A stretch of DNA of 64,000 bases from contig OX597814.1 of assembly GCA_951406725.2 (NCBI GenBank), forward strand, positions 32,860,001 through 32,924,000, in the 5' to 3' direction. Under the pieces are notes generated by a model. It did not search any database. It worked only from the letters and a program-made list of their open reading frames with translations, and had not been told where the DNA came from. Source of the stretch: Octopus vulgaris. Its lineage: Eukaryota. The translations under genes were made by a program, and so were the position numbers. Positions 27,511 to 41,146 of this stretch are shown here, in pieces (the first letter of the stretch is position 1; every line of letters starts with the position of its first letter).

Positions 27511-27945
27511 AGGACTGAACACGAAAAGGTGGACAGTCAACATGCTAGATATAGACGTCAAATCGCCATTCTCCACAAAGATTTTGTTCTCAAATAAAAA
27601 TAAAATTCAGCACGACCTAAAGCAATGGATGAGACAAAAGAAATATACGAAATGGAATAATCACCTACGTACCGTACAGTTTCAGCTATTAATATCACAA
27701 GGATATCTGTAGCTTCGTCAGCGTAGTTTGTTATGAGCATAATATGCTGTACTTTATTTTATTTGAGAACAAAATCTTTGTGGAGAATGGCGATTTGACG
27801 TCTATATCTAGCATGTTGACTGTCCACCTTTTCGTGTTCAGTCCTTAATTGGTATATATAAATATTTTAATTTTCGGATTCTTTTTAATGTGCTAGACCA
27901 CTGGTTTTAATTGACTAATATCAATTTTTACCCTTAATTTTTAAA
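27511..27945. mobile_element. Miniature PLE-like insertion: ~94-bp inverted repeat, hammerhead-containing spacer and one-sided tail
   Basis: 27511-27604 is the near-perfect reverse complement of 27753-27845; tail to ~27945; (TA)n on both sides. Confidence 0.8.
27665..27726 (-). ncRNA. Type I hammerhead ribozyme motif
   Basis: Minus strand CTACG-CTGACGA-AGCTA...TAGCT-GAAAC-TGTACG-GTA-CGTAG: perfect 5-bp helix I, helix II, full core and GUA cleavage triplet. Confidence 0.85.
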
Positions 27946-28037
27946 TATATATATATATATATATTTTATTTACTAATTTGTGTATTTTTCCCTCACGGGC
28001 TACTTTTTACTGGAAGGCAATACTTTGTATTGCATTA

Positions 28038-28097
<60 letters not shown>

Positions 28098-28183
28098 TAT
28101 GTGTGTATGTGTGTGTGTGTATGTGTGTGTGTGTGTACCAGTATGTGTATAAACATATACATTTCTATACATATGCTATGTAT

Positions 28184-28472
28184 ATACAAAATTAAGAGGA
28201 ATGACCGCTAAAGTAGACACCTAATATGCTAAACATAGACGTCAAAACGCCGTTACCACGAAGAGTGTGTTTTCAAGAAAAAGATTATTCTTGATAACAC
28301 ACTCTTCGTGGGAACGGCGTTTTGACGTTTATATTTAGCATATTAGGTGTCCACTTTAGTGGTCATTTCTCATAATTTTGTATGTAACAATTTTTAATCT
28401 TCGGGTTTCTGAAATATGCTAACCCACTGGTTTTAATTGATTAATGTCAATTTCTATCCTTATTATTTTATA
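28184..28472. mobile_element. Miniature PLE-like palindrome with one-sided tail
   Basis: 28184-28279 is inverted against 28288-28383; arm and tail are homologous to the 27511-27945 element (GACGT..ATAT.TAGCAT, CCACTGGTTTTAATTGA). Confidence 0.75.
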
Positions 28473-28485
28473 CTATGTATGTATG

Positions 28486-28516
<31 letters not shown>

Positions 28517-28619
28517 ATATATATATATATATATATATAGATAGATAGATAGATATAGATATATATATACATATATATATATACATGTATATATACATGT
28601 ATATATATATATGTATATA

Positions 28620-28733
<114 letters not shown>

Positions 28734-28778
28734 TAGATAGATAGATCGATAGATATAGATATATATATACATGTGTAT

Positions 28779-28826
<48 letters not shown>

Positions 28827-28829
<3 letters not shown>

Positions 28830-29160
28830 TCAGTGGTTAGAGCGTCGAGCTTACGATCGTGAGGTTGTGAGCTCGAATCCCGGACCGGGCTGCGTGTTGT
28901 GTTCTTGAGCAAGACACTTTATTTCACGTTGCTCCAGTTCACTCAGCTGTAGAAATGAGTTGCGACGTCACAGGTGCCAAGCTGTATCGGCCCTTGCCTT
29001 TCCCTTGGACAACATCGGTGGCGTGGAGAGAGGAGGCCGGTATGCATGGGTGACTGCTGGTCTTCCATAAAAAACAACCTTACCCAGACTTGTGCCTCAG
29101 AGGGTAACTCTCTAGGTGCAAACCCATGGTCACTCATGACCGAAGGGGGTCTTTACCCTT
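28827..29160 (+). mobile_element. tRNA-derived SINE with CORE-like segment (family C)
   Basis: GGCTCAGTGGTTAG / TCGAATCCC boxes and TTCTTGAGCAAGACACTT; inserted in (TA)n. Confidence 0.8.
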
Positions 29161-29197
29161 TATATATATATATATATATACATATAGACATATACTT

Positions 29198-29261
<64 letters not shown>

Positions 29262-29797
29262 CGTTTATCAATTTGTGTTGCAAGATTCCTGGTAGCAAAT
29301 TGTGTTGAAACAGATATTGTTGTATTTCAGGATGGTCATTCTTTTGCCAAATAAACATACGCACTATATATGTTTTCTTCAGTCGTTTATTACTGTTTCT
29401 TTTTAACGCATGTCCATTGTCCATTTCGTCACACATCTGTGACCTCTTCAGCGACACGTTTCGCTTTCGTGTGTTCTCTTGCTCCACTTACTCCATTCTG
29501 TTCTTCTAAGATATGTATCCTTATGTGCACATACGTTTGCGTCTATTTTTGTGTGTGTGTATGCGTGTGTGTGCGTCCGTGTGTGCGTGTGTGTGTGTGT
29601 GCATACGCGTGTATGTGTGTGTGTGTGTATGCTTGTGTCTGTCTCATCGTTCTTAGCAGCAGTATAGCCTTCCCTCAGTGTCATCCTCTCACCATTGTGC
29701 TGCTGCTGTCTTAAGACCCGAAAGTTGGTCCAGTTCCTGTATCTCTGTGTTTGTGTGTTCGGGCACGGTGTTGCCATCGTGGTATTTATTGTTATTG

Positions 29798-30030
29798 AAG
29801 GCGGCGAGCTAGCAGAAACGTTAGCACGCCGGGCGAAATGCTTAGCGGTATTTCGTATGCTGTTACGTTCTGAGTTCAAATTCCGCCGAGGTCGACTTTG
29901 CTTTTCATCCTTTCGGGGTCGATAAATTAAGTACCAGTTACGCACTGGGGTCGATGTAATCGACCTAATACCTATGTCTGTCCTTGTTTGTCCCCTCTAT
30001 GTGTAGCCCCTTGTGGGTAATAAAGAAATA
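29798..30030 (+). mobile_element. SINE family A, full length
   Basis: Perfect 17-bp TSD GGTATTTATTGTTATTG at 29781-29797 and 30031-30047. Confidence 0.9.
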
Positions 30031-30189
30031 GGTATTTATTGTTATTGCCATCGTTGTCACCGCCGCTGCTGCTGTTGTTGTTATTCGTGTTATTGATATT
30101 ATTGTGGCCGTCCGTGAAAATTTCTTGTGTGTGTGTTTGTGTGTATGGGTTCACTTCGTACGTTGTTTGTAACCATGCACTTTAAATGT

Positions 30190-30518
30190 TTTTTTTTTGT
30201 TCCTTCTCGAGCCATGCCTGGATCATAAGAGCCGGTTTCCCGGTTTCCGTGACGTATAGGTTCCCCACCTGGACGGGACGCCGGTCCGTCGCAGGTGGTC
30301 CGCCGGTCCGTCGCAGGTGAGCTGCAAGATGCAGGATGAAAGAGTGAGAGAAATTTGTGGTGAAGGAGTCAGCAGAAGTTCGCCATTACCTTCTGCCGGA
30401 GCCGTGTGGAGCTTAGGTGTTTCGCTCATAAACACACACATCGCCCGGTCTGAGATTCGAAATCGCGATCCCCCGACCGCCAATCCGCTGCTCTAACCAT
30501 TAGGCCATGTCCCTCCAC
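30190..30518 (-). mobile_element. SINE family B-like head with tail 3
   Basis: Reverse complement of 32431-32730; TSD CATGC(A/C)CTTTAAATG. Confidence 0.85.
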
Positions 30519-30627
30519 ACACATGCCCTTTAAATGGATTTATTTAGTTATTTTATCCATCTCTATTTCTTATACTTATCACAGGTATGCGACAAATATA
30601 TTTATTCATTTATTCCTTTACCTATTA

Positions 30628-30663
<36 letters not shown>

Positions 30664-31899
30664 TATCTATATTATATGTATCACAGATAAGTGCATGTAT
30701 GTCTATTGCGTGTGTATATACCTGTATGTATCTCTGTCTTATTTACGATTTTTTCCTCTCTCTTCTCTTTCCTTCAGTCTTTAGTCATGTGGTGTGTTAA
30801 AGTGGTGGGTGTTACTGTTCCATTCGTGTTTACTGTTGTGACTCGGTCTCTCTACTACTATGTGTGTACCATCTGTGATCTGTCTAATTGTCGTGTCAGT
30901 TCTATGTCTCAATAATACTTTAAGCTCTATGCTAAAAAAATTAGCCATTTTGGTCAGTTGCTGAAGCAATACAACTATCTACACTGGAGAGGCTGCACGC
31001 AGCATAGGAGAGCATATAGGTGGACATTGGCGAGAGCTCAAAGAAGAGAAAAGTTCATCATTGCTCTAACAACATGCTCAGACAGAACATAGAGGCTCGG
31101 TTAACAGCATAGAGGTTAAAGTATTATCGATGCATAGAAATGTCATGGCACTTAGACAAATCACAGAGGCTACAAACATAGTAGTAGATAGACCAAGCCC
31201 CAATAGAAAACACGAATGGAACAGTAATACCCATCACCACACCGCGCCACATGACTAAAGACAGAAGGGAAGAGAAGAGGGAGGGAAAATCGTAAATAAT
31301 ACACAAATACGTAAGGATAATACACACAATAGAATATATGCACTCATCTGTGATATAGATAAAAATTAGAGATCGATAAATAAAGATTTTTAAAAAAAAC
31401 TAAATAATTAAATAGATAAATAAATATATATTTGTCACATACTTGTGATGAATATAAGAAATAGAGATAGATAAAATAGATGAATAAATAAATAAATTCA
31501 TATAAAGGACATGGATACAAACAACACACGAAACGAACCCATACACACAAACACACACAATAAACTTCACAGTCAACCACAACACTATCAACAACTCAAA
31601 TGACGACAGCAGCAGTAGCAGCGGTGACAACGATGGCAGTAACAACAACAGCAACTACCACGATGGCAAAACCGTGGGGGACCACACAAACACAGAGAAA
31701 TACAGGAACTGTACTAAATTCTCGGGTGTTCGGATAGCAGCAGCTCAATAGCCATAAAGCTGCTAAGAACAATGACACGCGCACACATACACACACATAC
31801 ACACACATGCATACACACATACAAACACAGACGCAATGGCATGCGCACAAAGAAAAGAACATAGTACTGAATACATTGCGTAGTGTTTGTATATATATT

Positions 31900-32250
31900 C
31901 TTTTACTCTTTTACTTGTTTCAGTCATTTGACTGCGACCATGCTGGAGCACCGCCTTTAGTCGAGCAAATCGACCCCGGGACTTATTCTATCGGTCTCTT
32001 TAGCCGAACCGCTAAGTGACGGGGACGTAAACACACCAGCATCGGTTGTCAAGCAATGCTAGGGGGACAAACACAGACACACAAATACACACGTACATAT
32101 ATATATACACACATATACGACAGGCTTCTTTCAGTTTCCGTCTACCAAATCCACTTACAAGGCATTGGTCAACCCGGGGCTATAGCAGAAGACACTTGCC
32201 CAAGATGCCACGCAGTGGGATTGAACCCGGAAGCATGTGGTTGGTTTGGA
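31900..32250 (-). mobile_element. SINE family D (internal microsatellite, CR1/L2-like tail)
   Basis: Homologous to 48745-49156 and 55170-55551. Confidence 0.85.
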
Positions 32251-32430
32251 TACTTCATAAATCCATTATCTGACCATTCACATATTCATTCGCATACACT
32301 CACGCATGCACTCTCACACTGGTATGTAGTTATGTAGATTGGGAAAAAGCATACTTACATACATATACATATATACATAAACGCTACGCACACACACACA
32401 TCATATGTATGCATATATATGTGTGTGTGT

Positions 32431-32730
32431 GTGGAGGCACATGGCCTAGTGGTTAGAGAAGCGGACTCGTGGTCGAGGGATCGCGGGTTCGAATCTCAGA
32501 CCGGGCGATGTTTGTGTTTATGAGCGAAACACCTAAGCTCCACGCGGCTCCGACAGAAGGTAATGGCGAACATCTGCTGACTCTTTCGCCATAACTTTCT
32601 CTCGTCCTTTCCTCCTGCATCTTGCAGCTCACCTGCGGCGGACCGGCGTCCCGTCCAGGTGGGGAACCTATACGCCAAGGAAACCGGAGAACCGGCCGTT
32701 ATGATCCAGGCATGGTTCGAGAAGGAACAA
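32431..32730 (+). mobile_element. SINE family B-like head with tail 3
   Basis: A/B boxes TGGCCTAGTGG and GGTTCGAATC. Confidence 0.85.
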
Positions 32731-32744
32731 ACTATATATATATA

Positions 32745-35500
32745 TTTCTGAAGCCAAAACAATGCTCGTTGGAGAAAAATTATCATACAGGTCTATGGTT
32801 AGTAATATCACCTAGTATTTCAATATCTCGGAGTTAGGACCCCTTCTCGTACTCAGTTCCTTTCTTTGTTTACTTTTGAACTCAAAATCACAGACAACGG
32901 AAACATCTCTACTAACATTTTATGGAAGAGCGGTATTTTATAATCCATCCAAGTCCATCAGATATAACATACCCTACATTAAAAGCGACTTCCACAAAAT
33001 GTGCAGTAAATTCAGCGAACAAAAGCATAAACACTATACAATTCCCAAAGTTCTTGATCTAGAACGACTGTCCATATTCTTTCCTACAACCACAAACGCG
33101 TCAACCATGATAAACTACGTCCTACAAACAAATTCCGTTTGATTACTACTACCCCAAATTGTCTTATCACAGTCCCTATGAAACTCATAGCGGCACCATT
33201 AACACCACCACACATACCAACTCGACAGGTGGACAACTTCCTACAACAGGCTACCAACATAATAAGAACAAAGAAAATAATCTTGATTTTTCTACCACCA
33301 AAACAACCGCAAGCAATGACGACTTGGCTACTTCTGGCTACCACAAACAACGTACGATAGATCTGTCTGACACTGTCTCAACCGAGGAGATATGTCTACT
33401 AAATCTTGGTCGAAAATTCATTAAAGTGCAGTGATTTAATGGCAAACATATGCTTGGTATAAAAACTTACATCTGCAGAACAATTTACCAACTAAAATGG
33501 ATATCGGCTCTGAAGTCCTACTGCCTATCTTCCAGTAGTACTCTCTCTAGTACCATCCCTACTATGAGCGCCAATAGATTGTTCACCCACAACGCATACA
33601 TCCAACTTTACCCTCCTCCTTCTAATCCCGAACTTAATTCGAAGTTAATGAGATTTAAATATTCAGTTTTCAACGTCTTACAAAACAAAGCAAAACAAAA
33701 CAAAACATTCCGCTTTTAATCGCTCTATATTACAATTCTTCAATCTAAAAACAAACTAGCATAAATTCCTTCAAAAAAAGGGAGAGAATTCTGGGTTACA
33801 GGGAGGAATAATTACAACGAACTGGCATTCGAGCACTTAAACAACAGTACAATATTTGAAAAAGTCAATAACATCAGCCAGCTAGAAGCTACCGATTGAA
33901 CATCTCTGAAACAGCATATTCATCACCTACTACCTCATGAAAACACAAAATCTGGGACCAGATTTTAAAAAAATAGGCCTGTTGTATCCAGATTTACCGG
34001 ACCCATCTCATGATCGCTATCTAATATTCTCCTGCCAATACTTCACACCTTTTCAGGACATTTCGAAAGCTCCAGCGAAGTCATCAACAAACTGAGAGAA
34101 TACTCCCCAACCATGCTTAGAAAAAGTAACTATCCTTTTAGCTTAGGCGTTTGTTTACTTGTGCATCTCAGTTCCAGCAACCCTATCAATCAACTTACAA
34201 ATTAAACATAATGCCCTATCTCATAACCTTATTGCTTTGGGCTCACCGCTCCAGGTATTTTTTTAACTATTATAATGGAAAACACCTTCTTCCAGTTCAA
34301 ATCTCTCTGAAGGGCTGGTAGGTTCATGTTTGTCAGGCATATAGTCATTACATACATGAATCGGTTAGGACATACGACACTCAACAGCTTGGACTCCTGC
34401 ACTTTTTTTGGCAGATACTGGATGACATCTTCATATTAACATCATCTCGCAGGGAGGCCGTTAGAATATACAATATGTTGAACAATACTAACATATAAAA
34501 TATGGTGTGCAGAACCCAAATAACTTATCTTTGGTTTTCAACTCCAAATCACAGATCACAGACACATTTCCACTACCTTTACATCAAATCGGCATGCCAG
34601 TGTCTCTTACTTTATAATAATTCATCCCTGCTCCTCCGAGCTAACATGGCCTACATTAGGTATGTGATTCAAAGGATAAGCATAAATGTAGAAAAGCAGG
34701 AAGCTAAACAAATAATACCATACAATTCCAAAACGTCCTGATAGAGAATGGCTAATCATAACCCTCCACTTAATGCCAGGACATCTCCAGACCACCTAAA
34801 AGTACCCACACAGCCAAGGATAATGTGTTTTAACGAAGCAAGAAATGTTGTACTCTGCCGTGTGATCTGCAAGGAGAGATTTAACATATGATCAGTGCAC
34901 ACCCTGAGGAGGTTTCTGACTAAAAACATCCCAAGTCAAACATTATCTTATATACACTGCCCAACTGCCTGATTACACGTTATGCACATTACACAAGTGC
35001 CCAATCAATGATGAAAATATGTTTGAGGTCCTACTTGTATAAGCCACGCATAGCAAATGTAAGAAATTCTACACCAGCTGTACTATCAGAACAGTTTACA
35101 TACATGTAAAAGAACACGCCTGTACTAGTGCTTCCTCTATAAGTAAAACATTTAAAAAAAAAAAACCCAGCTGCCACACCAAGACATCCAGGTTTTAATT
35201 GCAGTAACAGAAAAAACATTGAGAATATGAGATTAAAAGGAGCTATTTTAGATAACAAGCACAGCCCATGAATTAATAACAAATCCGAACTACACACAGT
35301 TGACTAGTTACTTACTATAGCAAAACCGCAATCTTTCATACACACGCACTAGAGAACAAAGAATTCAGCTTACAACATATTTTCTCCTTGGATTTCTTGA
35401 AGAACAGGAGCTATCCCTGAAATATTGAACTACCAGTAATAGTACTAAACATCGTCTTGTATTGTTTAATTTTTCCAACTTGCATTGTTTTGGTTTAGAA
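32745..35500 (+). mobile_element. Heavily decayed Penelope-like element (RT + GIY-YIG remnants) with inverted terminal copy
   Basis: Remnant peptides LLNLGRKF, RPVVSRFTGP, MENTFFQF, an RY/DDIFIL-like motif and INNKSE; 32745-32860 is a diverged reverse complement of ~35390-35500, which has a decayed TTGAAGA..CAGG..CCTGAAA hammerhead-like core. Confidence 0.7.
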
Positions 35501-36067
35501 AACTAATTAAACACACACCCAAGACAATGCTTCATGAAAGCTATAGTATTCTACTGTATGTGTGCGTGTTTGTGGGTGTGTATTTGTGTGTGCGTGTGTG
35601 TGTGTGTGTTTTGTGTGCGTGCGTACGTGCGTACGTGTGTATGCGTGTTGGTGCGTGACTATGGGTGGGTGTGGGGGAGTACATACACAGATACACATCC
35701 ACATATACAAAGATAAATAGACAGACAGACAGATAGACAGACGAGCAATTAGTCTTTTTCTTTTTTATTCGCAAGGGAAAGGGCAGCACGAAAAAGGTTT
35801 TCTTTTCTCCAATTGTAAATGAAAGATAAAAAAAGCTTGCATGCTTTTAGTTATTCAAGTGATTGTTTCGCTTTTAAATAGGAAGGATGATACGAGAATG
35901 AAGAAGAAAGAATTAAAAATATATCATATTCCATACAGCTTGAGGGTTCAATAAAAACAATACTGAATATACCCTGATTTATCTTTTCTCTCATGAAACC
36001 GAATTCAATCAGTTAATTCGAATTCATTGTCATTTTCGAATTCGTTAAGTTATATACAGGATGATGA

Positions 36068-36298
36068 AGGTAGCGAGCTGGCAGAACCGTTAGCACGCCG
36101 GGCGAAATGTGTAGCCGTATTTCGTCTGCCGTTAAGTTCTGAGTTCAAATTCCGCCGAGGTCGACTTTGCCTTTCATCCTTTCGGGGTCGATTAAATAAG
36201 TACCAGTTGTGCACTGAGGCCAATGTAATCGACTTAATTCGTTTGTCTGTCCTTGTTTGTCCCCTCTATGTTTAGCCCCTTGTGCGTAATAAAGAAAC
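36068..36298 (+). mobile_element. SINE family A
   Basis: TSD ATATACAGGATGA. Confidence 0.85.
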
Positions 36299-36854
36299 AT
36301 ATATACAGGATGAAAATTTCTCACCCTGTATCTAGGTGGTAGAGCGCATCATATTTCTACACATTAATAAACAACCAAATTTCATTATTTCGTCTTTTAA
36401 TGATATTATTTTAAAAAATTCTATATATTTAAGAATTTCACGTAAGCCCGTATCATTTACATTTGGATTATGCATAGTTACACGTTTACAGGTAGTGTAT
36501 GATAAACATGAAAAAATTATCACTTTTTAAAATTAATTCTTAACTTTTTGTCTTGTGAGTTGCTAAGATTGCCTTTGGGTGAGGGATTTCTTTCTCCAAC
36601 TAAAGGGAAATTCAAATCAGTATGAATTTTGCGCATACTTCATTCAATACACCCACATTACTTCATTTATTTTAATCCAAGCTATTGGCAGATTCGCGGA
36701 ATCTCCTTTAGCACAATGTTTTTAAATATTATGCAAATTACTGCTCGCCAAAAGTGTTCCTAGCCACTTTTCTTCATTTTAGAAGTGCTTTCTGATAATC
36801 ACGTGCGTTTGTAATCAACGTATCGTGATTTAGAATTCTAACAAGATAATTTAT

Positions 36855-37490
36855 TCTTTTCTGCTCTAGGCACAAGGCCTGAAATTTTACGGGAGGGAGG
36901 CCAGTCGATTAAATCAACTCCAGTACGTAACTGGTACTTAATTTATCGATCCCGAAAGAATGAAAGGCAAAGTCGACCTCGGCGGAATTTGAACTCAGAA
37001 CGTAGCGGCAAACGAAATACCTATTTCTTTACTACCCACAAGGGGCTAAACACAGAGAGGACAAACAAGAACAGACAAACGGATTAAGTCGATTATATCG
37101 ACCCCAGGGAGTAACTGGTACTTATTTAATCAACCCCAAAAGGATGAAAGGCAAAGTCGACCTCGGCGGAATTTGAAATCAGAACTTAACGACAGACGAA
37201 ATACTGCTAAGCATTTCGCCCGGCGTGCTAACGTTTCTGCCAGCTCGTCACCTTATTTGAAATAATTATTGATGAGGTTGCGAGCTGGCAGAATCGTTAG
37301 CACGCTGGACGAAATCTTTAGTGGTATTTTGCCGGTCGCTACGTTCTGAGTTCAAATTCCGCTGGGGGTCAACTTTGCCTTTCATCCTTTTGGGGTTGAT
37401 GAAATAAAGTACCAGTGAAACACTGGGGTGGATGAGATCGACGAGTCCCCTTCCCTAAATTTCAGGCCTTGTGCCTTTAGTAGAAAGGAT
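36855..37490. mobile_element. SINE family A dimer (-) head-to-head with a monomer (+)
   Basis: Homology to the other family A copies. Confidence 0.85.
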
Positions 37491-37744
37491 TAATTATAGT
37501 TATTAATAATGGTATCAATAAAAGTATTTGAATGTTTAACTACAGCTAAAAGAATATTTTTTAACTGTTATTTTTCATTTACCACCTTTAATGATATGAT
37601 TACACATACTTGTCCCAGGCTATCCTCTGCAGAGTTGTTTCTCACCTTGTCTATTCTGTTCTTTTCGGTGTTCAGGGCGGTAGTGTGAAACCTAAGGGAG
37701 ATTTGACTGCTATTTCCAGCAGGTTGAATATTTAGTAACATAGT

Positions 37745-37995
37745 GAAGGCGAATGACTTAGTGGGTAGGGATTTCAGTAATAGAACTGATTACAGTTACC
37801 GGCAGCGCGTTGCTACAGTCCAATCAGTTCGCAGAAATGAGTAGTACCTGTATTCTGTGCTACGCTGAGTCTCCCTGAGAACTTCGTTAAGAGTACCTGT
37901 GGCGTGCTCAGTCATTGCACATTAAATTTCACGAGCAGGTTGTTTCGTTGCTGGGATCAAACCGAACCCTTGTCGTCATAACCGATGTAGTGCCA
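37745..37995 (+). mobile_element. Old SINE with tail 1
   Basis: 3' half matches 20560-20705; a similar copy lies at 46068-46380. Confidence 0.65.
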
Positions 37996-39085
37996 GTTTT
38001 AGTAACGCAGATTATTTACTTTTAATTCGATTTTGACTCGATTTTAAGTAATTAAAGTTCCGTCAACGGTCAATCATTTTTTTACCCAACAGATTCTTCT
38101 AATTTAGAAAAGTAATAAACCTTTGTCTATGCAGCTTTAAATGTTTAGATGTCGTCAGAGGGAAACCTTTGATAAAAACAGATATACATGTTATTTCTCT
38201 AGAACAGTCGAAGCTGTATCAGGACGGAAGCTGTATCTTCAAACCAATGTATATCTTGTTCTATGTGTAAAGATAATTGCAAACCAAATGAAATAACAAT
38301 CTAATGCACACATATATACACAACCACACATCCGCATAATAAAAAATAGGAACCCCAGCACTTATCAATTGAATATGTGAAAATAAAACATATGAAGGCT
38401 TCTTGTAGACGTTTTAGTACTTATAATGTAGCAGTTATTTCGGGAATATTATTAGTTAACATTCTTACCTGGAGAACACGAATTAAAATCATTCTAAAAC
38501 ATACTTCCATAAAAATAAGGGATATATGTCTTTAAAAGTAAAACAAAATTGCCGAGTAACATAGATCAACGAAGAAAATCGATATGTATTAGTGTATTCC
38601 TATAAAACTCTTACGGATAATTTCGTTTTTCAGCTTTTCACTGTTAGTTAATTATAGCTAGTGATATTATAAATATCGATACTTCAGGTAGTATTTTACA
38701 TATTTTCAGATGATTATAGCACCTTTAGGTTTCTTTAATAAGGTTCTTTAGATGAGGAAATGCGATCCTGGTGGTTAAAGATTTTACTTCAGCATCACCA
38801 GTCTCTGTTTCGGTTAATGTCATGAGAATTGAGAAACGTCGAGAAAACGAGAAATAATTCACTTTTAACGTTTGAAATAGATGTAGATAAAACTATATAT
38901 AAAAATAAATAACCTGCAAAAAAAAAAAGCAAGCACCTGAGAGAGAAAAATTCAAAGAATGCAAACTGTCCCCTTTCGAGTCGTTCTATCCAAGTTTTTA
39001 AACCCAATATTTTCACGCTATTATTTATAGTCTTATATACTTTAAGTCCAAATGTTAAAATGAAACATATATGTATAATTATAAA

Positions 39086-39315
39086 GGTGGCGAACTGGCA
39101 GAAACGTTAGCACGCCGGGCGAAATGCGAAGCTGTATTTCGTCTGCCGTTACGTTCTGAGTTCAAATTCCGCCGAGGTCGACTTTGCCTTTCATCCTTTC
39201 GGGGTCGATAAATTAAGTACCAGTTACGCACTGGGGTCGATGTAATCGACTAAATCCCTTTATCTGTCCTTGTTTGTCCCCTCTGTGTCAAGTCCCTTGT
39301 GGGTAGTAAAGAAAT
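39086..39315 (+). mobile_element. SINE family A
   Basis: TSD ATATATGTATAATTATA. Confidence 0.9.
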
Positions 39316-39466
39316 ATATATGTATAATTATAGTTATGGTCATAAAAAAATTTTGTTATATGCTGGGCACCGATAAAATTTTTAACGATTTTATCCTTTT
39401 TTTATTATATATATATATATATATATTTCGCCCAGCGTGCTAACGTTTCTGCCAGCTCGCCGCCCT

Positions 39467-39517
<51 letters not shown>

Positions 39518-39530
39518 CATACATACATAC

Positions 39531-40860
<1,330 letters not shown>

Positions 40861-40894
40861 GTATATATATATATATATACATACATACATATAT

Positions 40895-40959
<65 letters not shown>

Positions 40960-41068
40960 TAGAAATTCGGGGTGAGTACTTGATAATTATAAGCACCTGT
41001 GTATACCGTTTGGTGGTGTAGGTGGTGGAGTAAATTGATCAAAATAAAAACATGATGCGAAGGATTCA

Positions 41069-41146
41069 GCGGTACATATGTTTCGGGCCTTTATTAGACA
41101 GATTTATAACAATGCATAATGTATGTCTGTGGCCTTCTTCAGCCGC
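41069..41146 (-). ncRNA. Type I hammerhead ribozyme motif in PLE pseudo-LTR
   Basis: GCGG-CTGAAGA-AGGCC...GGCCC-GAAAC-ATAT-GTA-CCGC; palindromic ACATATGT helix III. Confidence 0.8.

Larger units (their letters stand above)
29490..31875. repeat. Large diverged inverted repeat (arms ~29490-30933 and ~31106-31875)
   Basis: Arms align in reverse complement once two SINEs are removed from the left arm. Confidence 0.8.
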
